This document shows, piece by piece, positions 57,514 to 64,000 of a stretch of DNA of 64,000 nt. Positions within the stretch are counted from its first letter, which is position 1; each line of letters begins with the position of its first letter. The position numbers were made by a program, and so were the translations under genes. The notes beneath the pieces were generated by a model that was not told the DNA's origin, did no database searches, and saw only the letters and a program-made list of their open reading frames with translations. Source of the stretch: Smithella sp. (GTDB lineage Bacteria > Desulfobacterota > Syntrophia > Syntrophales > Smithellaceae); contig JBEKRZ010000001.1 of the NCBI GenBank assembly GCA_049517435.1, positions 409 to 64,408 of the forward strand. The letters run 5' to 3'.

Positions 57514-59085
57514 CTAAAGAGGAATATTGTTGTGTTTCTTAGACACTCTTGTTTCTCTTTTATCTTTCAGCGCGTCCAACAGAGCTATGATTCTTTTTCG
57601 TGTGTCGCGTGGGGCGATGATTTCATCGATGATGCCCAGTGATGCGGCGAAGTATGGATTATTGAATTTTTCTTCATAAGCGGCAACAAGTTCCGCTCTT
57701 TTAGCAGTAGGATCTTTGGCAGCGGAGATTTCACTGCGGTAGATTATATTGCAGGCTCCCTCCGCGCCCATGACGGCGATCTCGGCAGTCGGCCACGCCA
57801 TTACATAATCAGCGCCTAATTGTTTGCTGCACATACCGATATATGCTCCGCCATAAGCTTTGCGGGTGATGACGGTTATTTTCGGCACTGTCGCTTCCGA
57901 ATAAGCGTGGAGAAGTTTCGCGCCGTGGCGAATTATGCCAGCCCATTCCTGATTGGTGCCCGGCATGTATCCAGGAACATCGGTAAAGGTCAAAAGAGGT
58001 ATGTTAAATGCGTCGCAGAAGCGAATAAAGCGGGCTGCCTTATCGGAAGCGTTCACATCCAGAATACCGGCGGCAAAACGGGGATTATTGGCAATGACGC
58101 CCACCGGTTTTCCCATGATACGGATGAAAACAACGATAATATTTTGCGCCCAGAGTTCGAATGGTTCAAACATTTCACCATTATCGGCAACTAATTTGAT
58201 GATTTTTTTCATGTCGTATGCGCGGTTGCCTTTATCGGGAATAATTGTATCCAGTTCCTCACAAATTCTTTCCTCGCTATCTGTGCAATCAGCCATGGGC
58301 AGGGGAGAGAGGCAGCTATCCGGCACGTAGGAGAGCAGAGTTTTTATTTTTTCAATGCAATCGGTATCATTTTCCGTGACAAAATGGCATACGCCGCTTT
58401 TTGTTGCGTGAGAAACTGCTCCGCCCAATTCATCATGCGTAACTTCTTCGCCGATTACAGCTTTGATGACATCCGGGCCGGTGATATACATATAGCTACT
58501 TCCTTTGACCATAAAAACCCAGTCGGCAAGGGCAGGGGAGTAAACAGCGCCTCCGGCTGTAGGTCCCATGATGGCTGTTATCTGCGGAATATAACCGGAG
58601 CCGATTGTGTTGCGATAGAAAATTCCACCGTAGCCTTCAAGCGAAGGAACGCCTTCCTGAATACGTGCGCCTCCCGAATCATTCAGCGCTACAAAAGGCT
58701 TTTGTGCGGCAATGGCCATGTCCATCACTTTCCAAATTTTCTTCGCGTGCATTTCGCCCAGACTGCCGCCGGAACTGGTAAAATCCTGCGCCGCAGCGAA
58801 AACAACGCGCCCGTTTACTTTGCCGAAGCCCGTAATAACGCCGTCAGATGGGATTTCTTTTTTATCCAGACCGAAGAGAGTGGATCGATGCTGAACAAAA
58901 AGCTGAACTTCCTGAAAAGTGCCCTCGTCAAAAAATAAATCCAAACGCTCACGAGCGGTAAGTTTATTAGAATCATGTTGTTTCTTGGTCTGTTTTTCAC
59001 CGCCCATTAATTTTAAGGTCTGGCTTTTTTTCTCAAAGTCGTTTATTTTGCATTGCGTTGTCGCTTTTTGTAAATCGTCACTCAT
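57514..59085 (-). CDS. Acyl-CoA carboxylase carboxyltransferase subunit (propionyl-CoA carboxylase beta / methylmalonyl-CoA carboxyltransferase 12S type).
   Basis: It has duplicated crotonase-like CT domains, an N-terminal LTARERLDLFFDEGTF, and SGGARIQEG and GGAYIGM motifs. Confidence 0.9.
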   Translation of the reverse strand: MSDDLQKATTQCKINDFEKKSQTLKLMGGEKQTKKQHDSNKLTARERLDLFFDEGTFQEVQLFVQHRSTLFGLDKKEIPSDGVITGFGKVNGRVVFAAAQDFTSSGGSLGEMHAKKIWKVMDMAIAAQKPFVALNDSGGARIQEGVPSLEGYGGIFYRNTIGSGYIPQITAIMGPTAGGAVYSPALADWVFMVKGSSYMYITGPDVIKAVIGEEVTHDELGGAVSHATKSGVCHFVTENDTDCIEKIKTLLSYVPDSCLSPLPMADCTDSEERICEELDTIIPDKGNRAYDMKKIIKLVADNGEMFEPFELWAQNIIVVFIRIMGKPVGVIANNPRFAAGILDVNASDKAARFIRFCDAFNIPLLTFTDVPGYMPGTNQEWAGIIRHGAKLLHAYSEATVPKITVITRKAYGGAYIGMCSKQLGADYVMAWPTAEIAVMGAEGACNIIYRSEISAAKDPTAKRAELVAAYEEKFNNPYFAASLGIIDEIIAPRDTRKRIIALLDALKDKRETRVSKKHNNIPL

Positions 59086-59335
59086 AAATTTCTCCTCTTC
59101 ATCTTCTTTAATAAGACCAGCGCAAATTTAGCAGCGATAATTACTAAGTGTTCAATGTTAAAAAGAAATATTTTTAATTCAGGCCAATACTAGCGTTTTT
59201 AATAAAAACTGGCAAGAAAAAATGATGAAATTTGTCAAGAGCATTATTCGGGGAACAAGAAAACATAAAACTTCTTCTTTATTTTTTTTAATAAACCGAA
59301 TAAATTCGTAAGCAAGAAAAGAATCAGGGAATAAT

Positions 59336-60073
59336 ATGCGCAACTTTAAAATGATTGTGGAATATGACGGAACAGCTTATTGCGGTTGGCAAAGGCAGGA
59401 AAACGGCACGTCAATTCAACAACTGCTAGAAGAATCGATTAAACTCATTACCGGGCAGAAAGTCGCCCTTATCGGTTCCGGCAGGACGGATGCCGGAGTG
59501 CATGCCTTAAATCAAGTAGGCAGTTTTAGATGTTCAACAAAGTTACCCGTCAACAAAATATTCATGGGAATGAACAGCGTTTTGCCGCCGGATATTGTGG
59601 TTAAAGAGTTGGAAGAAGTCGCGGATGATTTTAACGCCCTGCGTGATGCCAAAAGCAAAATTTATGTCTATAAAATATGCAATCAGCGTTTGCGTCCGGC
59701 TTTGGGACGCAATTACTTCTGGCATATTCGTTTCCCTCTCGATATCGCAAGAATGAAAAAAGCGGCCAAATTATTAATCGGCACGCATGATTTTTCCTGT
59801 TTTTGCGCCACAGGAACTGATGTTAAAGATCGCGTGCGGACAATTGTAGATGTGGAAATAAAAACCTGTGATGAGAGGCTCATTGAAATAAAAGTGGAAT
59901 CTCACGGTTTTCTAAAGTACATGGTAAGAAACATTATCGGCACTTTGGTTGAAGTTGGCAGTGGTAAACGAAAACCTGAGGAAATGAGGGTAATTATTGA
60001 ATCTAAAAACAGAAACATAGCGGGTGTCACTGCACCGGCCTGTGGTTTGTTTTTGAGGGAGGTTAAATACTAA
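59336..60073 (+). CDS. truA: tRNA pseudouridine(38-40) synthase.
   Basis: It has YDGTAYCGWQRQ and GSGRTDAGVHAL with the catalytic Asp. Confidence 0.92.
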   Translation: MRNFKMIVEYDGTAYCGWQRQENGTSIQQLLEESIKLITGQKVALIGSGRTDAGVHALNQVGSFRCSTKLPVNKIFMGMNSVLPPDIVVKELEEVADDFNALRDAKSKIYVYKICNQRLRPALGRNYFWHIRFPLDIARMKKAAKLLIGTHDFSCFCATGTDVKDRVRTIVDVEIKTCDERLIEIKVESHGFLKYMVRNIIGTLVEVGSGKRKPEEMRVIIESKNRNIAGVTAPACGLFLREVKY

Positions 60074-60075
60074 AA

Positions 60076-60927
60076 GTGAAAATATTGTTGTTCGGACATA
60101 AAGGGATGTTGGGAAGCGACCTTCTTTTAAAACTTAATATAGGGCATGAAGTTGTCGGTCTGGATAAAGAAGAAATTGATATTGTATCAGCGAGCGAGTG
60201 TAATATGGCGATTAAAGAGATAGAGCCTGATATTGTTATCAATGCCGCAGCTTATACCAATGTTGACGGATGTGAAACAGCAAAAGACGAATGCTTTGCC
60301 GTCAATGCGGAGGCAGTAAAAAATATCGCAGAAGCCTGCCGCAAAAAAAATATCCGCATCATTCATTTCAGTACGGACTATGTTTTTGACGGTGCGGCCA
60401 AACAGCCCTACAAAGAAGATCATCAATGCAATCCGATAAATACTTACGGAGCTTCCAAAATGGCAGGAGAGCGTTACCTCCGATCCCTATCTGACAACTA
60501 TATTTTGATCCGCACAGCTTGGTTATATGGGGTAAACGGGAAAAACTTTGTGCAAACGATTTTGGAAAAAGTTAAAACGACTAAAAAACTAACAGTTGTC
60601 GATGATCAAGTAGGATCACCTACCTACACGAAAGATTTAGCGGCGGCAGTAGATTTGCTGATTAAGCAAAACGCTAAAGGAATTTTTCACATAACCAATA
60701 GGGGCAGTTGCAGTTGGTTTCAATTTGCCATGAAAATATTACAGGAAGCTGGAATTCACGGTATTGACATTACACCTATCAAATCCGATCAACTCCGAAG
60801 ACCGGCGATGCGCCCTGCTTACAGCGTATTGAGTATGCAAAAATTTATTCAAACGACAGGAAAAACAATGCAGCCGTGGCAATTGGGATTACAAGATTAT
60901 CTGGAAAGTAGCAAGTTGCAAAAATAA
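60076..60927 (+). CDS. rfbD: dTDP-4-dehydrorhamnose reductase.
   Basis: It has a GTG start, a Rossmann motif (LLFGHKGMLGSDL), STDYVFDG, and a YGASK catalytic motif. Confidence 0.88.
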   Translation: MKILLFGHKGMLGSDLLLKLNIGHEVVGLDKEEIDIVSASECNMAIKEIEPDIVINAAAYTNVDGCETAKDECFAVNAEAVKNIAEACRKKNIRIIHFSTDYVFDGAAKQPYKEDHQCNPINTYGASKMAGERYLRSLSDNYILIRTAWLYGVNGKNFVQTILEKVKTTKKLTVVDDQVGSPTYTKDLAAAVDLLIKQNAKGIFHITNRGSCSWFQFAMKILQEAGIHGIDITPIKSDQLRRPAMRPAYSVLSMQKFIQTTGKTMQPWQLGLQDYLESSKLQK

Positions 60928-61010
60928 TTCATTTGCAAGCTGTGGAGATGCGCTTACTATCGAATTCACGGACGAGAGCAAACATCGACACTGCCCTTTA
61001 TATTTTGTGG

Positions 61011-61571
61011 TCAAGAGTCCTTAAGTTCATACTGGAAATAAATATCATCATCGCCCGATGAAATACTCCTGACCTTTTTCGCAACAGTTTTCTTCCCGAA
61101 AATTTTGAGGACCTGCTGAAAGTAACCCATAATAAGGTACTCGAAGTAAGTATGTTTGATTGGAAGTCCGGTGATTTTGAAATGAACGATGTTGTTCTCG
61201 AACAGTGCGGTAGGTTTACCCTCGTCAAAATAGGTCGAGTAGAGTTTAGGCATGACCGACTCGACAAACTGCTTTATATCCTTTGTGAGCAGATAAGATT
61301 TGTACGGACCTTCTGGCGACACGGCAAATTTGGCGGCTGCCTTCCCAATCGTCACGTACTGCATCATATTGTTGTTGAAAAATTCCTTAATCATCTCGTC
61401 AAGAAAAAGGATGAATTTTTCCACCGGAATGGGGGTAACGGACATAATTACATTGCTGAAAAATTTGTCCTTTGCCGTCAGTTTGGGTATAAAGGAATTC
61501 CAGCGTTCCTCGCCGAAAGCTTCGATGAGATTAGTCTTTCCTGTAAGATAGACGATGCCTTTTACGTTCAT
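61011..61571 (-). CDS. H-NOX/V4R-clan-like (DUF2378-like) small soluble protein, tandem paralog 2.
   Basis: The start is re-set to the ATG at 61571 (MNVKG...), preceded by GGGAGG. The 186-aa protein is highly similar to 61625-62185. The family assignment rests only on overall pattern (N-terminal ...FGEERW..., C-terminal SSGDDDIYFQ). Confidence 0.7.
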   Translation of the reverse strand: MNVKGIVYLTGKTNLIEAFGEERWNSFIPKLTAKDKFFSNVIMSVTPIPVEKFILFLDEMIKEFFNNNMMQYVTIGKAAAKFAVSPEGPYKSYLLTKDIKQFVESVMPKLYSTYFDEGKPTALFENNIVHFKITGLPIKHTYFEYLIMGYFQQVLKIFGKKTVAKKVRSISSGDDDIYFQYELKDS

Positions 61572-61624
61572 ATTGAAACCTCCCAAGAATGCCTATGATA
61601 GATTAAACACTATATATTTTGTGG

Positions 61625-62185
61625 TCAAGAGTCCTTTAGTTCAAACTGGAAATAAATATCATCATCGCCCGATGAAATACTCCGGACCCGTTTCGCATCA
61701 GTTTTCTTCCCGAAAACACGGAGTGCCTGCTGAAAAAAACCCATAAGAAGGGACTCGAAGTTAAAATTTTTGATTGTAAGTCCGGTGATCTTGAGATGAA
61801 CGATGTTGTTCTCGAACCGTGTGGTAACTGCACCTCCGTCATAATAGGTCGACCAGAGTTTAGGCAGCCCCGACTCGACGAACTGCTTTATATCCTTTGT
61901 GAGCAGATAAGAGTGGTACAGGCCTCCCTGCGACAGGGCAAATTTGGCGGCTACCTTACCAAACATCAAGTATGAATTTTTGTCGTTGTTGAAGTATTCC
62001 TTAATCATTTCGTCAAGAAAAAGGATGAGTTTTTCAAGTGGAACGGGGGTAATGGACATGATCACATTGCTGAAAAATTTGTCCTTCGCCGCCAACTTGG
62101 CCATGAAGGAGTTCCAGCGTTCCTCGCCGAAAGCTTCGACGACAGTAGTCTTTCCTGTAAGATAAACAGTGCCTTTTACGTTCAT
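61625..62185 (-). CDS. H-NOX/V4R-clan-like (DUF2378-like) small soluble protein, tandem paralog 1.
   Basis: The start is re-set to the ATG at 62185, preceded by GGGAGG. It is 186 aa and offset exactly 614 nt from its paralog. Confidence 0.7.
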   Translation of the reverse strand: MNVKGTVYLTGKTTVVEAFGEERWNSFMAKLAAKDKFFSNVIMSITPVPLEKLILFLDEMIKEYFNNDKNSYLMFGKVAAKFALSQGGLYHSYLLTKDIKQFVESGLPKLWSTYYDGGAVTTRFENNIVHLKITGLTIKNFNFESLLMGFFQQALRVFGKKTDAKRVRSISSGDDDIYFQFELKDS

Positions 62186-62230
62186 ATCGAAACCTCCCAA
62201 GAACACCTAAGTAGATTAAATATAGCTTAT

Positions 62231-62259
62231 ATATTATTGTGTGTTGCATGAATATGCAA
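62231..62259 (-). promoter_or_regulatory. Candidate promoter with an overlapping palindromic operator for the paralog pair.
   Basis: On the minus strand: TTGCAT (62259-62254), then a 17-nt spacer, then TAATAT (62236-62231). The -35 lies inside the inverted repeat TTGCAT-GAAT-ATGCAA (62244-62259). Confidence 0.4.
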
Positions 62260-62297
62260 GTATAATATTTATTTTGCAGAAGAGGGTGGCCATTGAT

Positions 62298-62330
62298 AAA
62301 AAAGCTTTCCACCAACAGGCAGTGGAAAGC
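62298..62330 (-). terminator. Intrinsic terminator (minus strand), downstream of the SLOG-like gene and repeat.
   Basis: A 9-bp stem GCTTTCCAC / GTGGAAAGC with a 9-nt loop, followed on the minus strand by TTTTTT. Confidence 0.65.
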
Positions 62331-62358
62331 TCGGATAATCTAATTTCAATTTTCAGGG

Positions 62359-62498
62359 TTTATTGTGAAACTCCAATTCTGAAAGCGTAGCACAGCGGAA
62401 TTGGTAAGTTGAACAATCCCGCGCAGCGAAGGGTATAATACACTGCAGCTTGCTACGGAATCTGTTTCCAAAGCCTGCTTTAGGGTTCATACCCGTGA
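62359..62498 (-). repeat. Modular hairpin repeat, full-length copy.
   Basis: TTTATTGTGAAACTCCAATTCTGAAAGCGTAGCACAGCGGAATTGGTAAGTTGAACAATCCCGCGCAGCGAAGGGTATAATACACTGCAGCTTGCTACGGAATCTGTTTCCAAAGCCTGCTTTAGGGTTCATACCCGTGA. It is collinear with 5941-6081. Confidence 0.9.
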
Positions 62499-62506
62499 TC
62501 AGCAAT

Positions 62507-63067
62507 TCATTGAGAAAAAGATCTCACGAATAATTCCTTGATCGCTTTCTTGCCGTTTTCTTCAAGGAAACGGGTTCCTGTTCCGGTGAAATGGACATGG
62601 CCTATAACAGGCTCATCTGCCTTTTTGCGTTTGACCCATTCCAATTTATTCCAGGTGAACCAATTGTTTTTCTTTTGATCAAAAACATGCAATGGTTTGT
62701 TGCATATTTTGCTGAATTCGGCGCCCCAGCCGGTGCCGCCTCTAACGGTCTTATCGTCGAGTATCGCGCCGATTACAAAAATTTCCTGACCGTTGTTGAT
62801 CTGGTACCAGATACTTTGGAGGATCTTGCGAAAAGTCTCATTATCAGTGTAACGGCGATTCATTAATTTTGACACATATTCCAGACTCACATCGCCATTC
62901 TTCAGTTCTTCGTGATTGAGGATACGCAATCCCCGTTTACGGATCATGGTATGTCCGTTAAATGTAAAATTTACTTCTTCAATTCCAAAGCTCTCCGCGT
63001 TTACGCCAAATTCCGCTTCCGCCCCCTGAGCTCCGCCACTAAAGAGTATGCAATCTTCTTTTTTCAT
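62507..63067 (-). CDS. SLOG/LOG-like Rossmann-fold protein (DprA/LOG superfamily), function unknown.
   Basis: The start is re-set to the ATG at 63067 (MKKEDCILFSGGAQGAEAEFG). The glycine motifs SGGAQGAE and RGGTGWGAE resemble the GGGxxG and PGGxGTxEE motifs of LOG/SLOG proteins. The assignment is tentative. Confidence 0.45.
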   Translation of the reverse strand: MKKEDCILFSGGAQGAEAEFGVNAESFGIEEVNFTFNGHTMIRKRGLRILNHEELKNGDVSLEYVSKLMNRRYTDNETFRKILQSIWYQINNGQEIFVIGAILDDKTVRGGTGWGAEFSKICNKPLHVFDQKKNNWFTWNKLEWVKRKKADEPVIGHVHFTGTGTRFLEENGKKAIKELFVRSFSQ

Positions 63068-63315
63068 GTTTTTCCCTTTCAAAAACTTGCTTGTTTTTAT
63101 AACATTCAGAATGCAGAACTTATATCAAAGAAACAAAATAATAGCTAATGAATTAGAGTCCATCAACCTCAACGAGCATTCTTGATTTCAACCTGCAATC
63201 TTCGACAAATGTTCCAAGTTTCCCTTTTAGAAAAAAGGGATGTATGCTATGATGATTATATCCAAATCTAGAGTCGTGATTCAAGCCAGAACAAGAAAGA
63301 ACGGTAATGGGTTAA

Positions 63316-64000
63316 ATGAACTATATTTCTTGGATCGTGTTCATAATTATAGCCTCTTATATTTTTCTAAAGGCGTCTGAACTATTTCTTCCAGAAAAGA
63401 ACCAAGAGTCTTTTAGGCAAGCATTGAAAAGTGTGGAAGACGAAGTTTGCCAGAAAGGGCCAGAAGGGACGGCACTATCTCCCATTTTTTATATGTCACT
63501 TTTTTTAGACAAATATTTGGGTAAAAAACTGGTCTCACGCCGCTCAATTTATATAGCCTCGATATTTGCTACAATATTGGTTATTTCTACCATATGGTTA
63601 ACTAACATACCTACAAATAAGGGCGATTTTTTACAAAAATCTCCTTTAAAACTCTGGGATCTTTCAATCGAAGCAACTGGAAAAATATCTACTGTATATA
63701 AAAATATGGACATTGGCGCTGGCACGCCAGAAGAATTAGAGAAACAAAGAAAGGATAGGCTTGAGAGTGAGGAAAGGCATGCATGGTTGCTAAAGCTGGA
63801 CAATTCGGGAGGAGCCTACCTTTTCTCAATTGTTCTTTTGTTATCATGCTTTGTTAGTATAGTTATTCTAAGCTCTTTAACACTTGCGATAACACGTCAA
63901 ATTTTGAGAGAAATGATTGATGCTAAAGGCTCCTGGACATTGTTTGGTGGATTCACTGTAAATGTTTTACTAGCTTTAATTATGAGTTCTTTTTTTTATT
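63316..64000 (+). CDS. Partial CDS (3' end outside window): multi-pass membrane protein of unknown function.
   Basis: The frame is open from the ATG at 63316 to the window end (228 codons) and is absent from the ORF track because it has no in-window stop. It has hydrophobic helices (WIVFIIIASYIFL, IYIASIFATILVISTIW, AYLFSIVLLLSCFVSIVILSSL) with a charged loop EELEKQRKDRLESEERH. Confidence 0.6.
   Translation, partial: MNYISWIVFIIIASYIFLKASELFLPEKNQESFRQALKSVEDEVCQKGPEGTALSPIFYMSLFLDKYLGKKLVSRRSIYIASIFATILVISTIWLTNIPTNKGDFLQKSPLKLWDLSIEATGKISTVYKNMDIGAGTPEELEKQRKDRLESEERHAWLLKLDNSGGAYLFSIVLLLSCFVSIVILSSLTLAITRQILREMIDAKGSWTLFGGFTVNVLLALIMSSFFY

Overview
This 64-kb window comes from a low-GC bacterial chromosome. 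The synteny (xerC-hslVU, argBDFGH, dapAB, carD-yacL-ispDF-gltX) resembles an anaerobic Deltaproteobacteria/Nitrospirota-type genome, but the taxon cannot be proven from this window. Most of it is ordinary core metabolism and translation: purB, nadB, tsaD, rsmA, miaB, xerC, hslVU, argBDFGH, dapAB, folK, tal, pgsA, carD, ispDF, gltX, an acyl-CoA carboxyltransferase, truA and rfbD. Three things stand out. (1) There are two tRNA-linked integrated elements. One is the xis-int end of an element at tRNA-Met (1-1862). The other is a roughly 26.4-kb island (25642-52065) inserted into tRNA-Cys. It is bounded by a 46-nt direct repeat that starts in the anticodon loop, and only a C-terminal integrase remnant survives. 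(2) The island cargo is a mosaic glycoconjugate-modification locus. A long minus-strand operon holds GT8, two radical SAM genes, TauE-like, cysD, cysNC, a sulfotransferase, a radical SAM/SPASM gene, three GT2s, a Wzx-like flippase and an ArnC-like GT2. A plus-strand cassette holds an adenylating enzyme, a PCP-thioesterase with a Cys nucleophile, an O-methyltransferase, a cupin and a Zn-ADH. Two GT-C (PMT/ArnT-like) membrane glycosyltransferases sit at the island ends and share a homologous ~130-bp promoter-leader. I regard this dedicated PAPS supply + sulfotransferase + radical SAM + carrier-protein acylation locus as the best candidate for an undescribed system. (3) A dense family of modular hairpin repeats (BIME/REP-like) fills nine core intergenic regions and was not seen inside the island. 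One conserved terminus of this repeat encodes the last three codons and the stop of folK, tal and nadB. Other notable features are a 77-bp tandem array plus an (AAGTT)n microsatellite upstream of xerC, a 614-bp tandem duplication of an H-NOX/V4R-like gene, and a SLOG/LOG-like gene divergent from an unknown membrane protein. No CRISPR array, rRNA gene or recognisable defence system was found. All functional calls rest on motif recognition by eye, and repeat and regulatory coordinates may be off by 1-2 nt.
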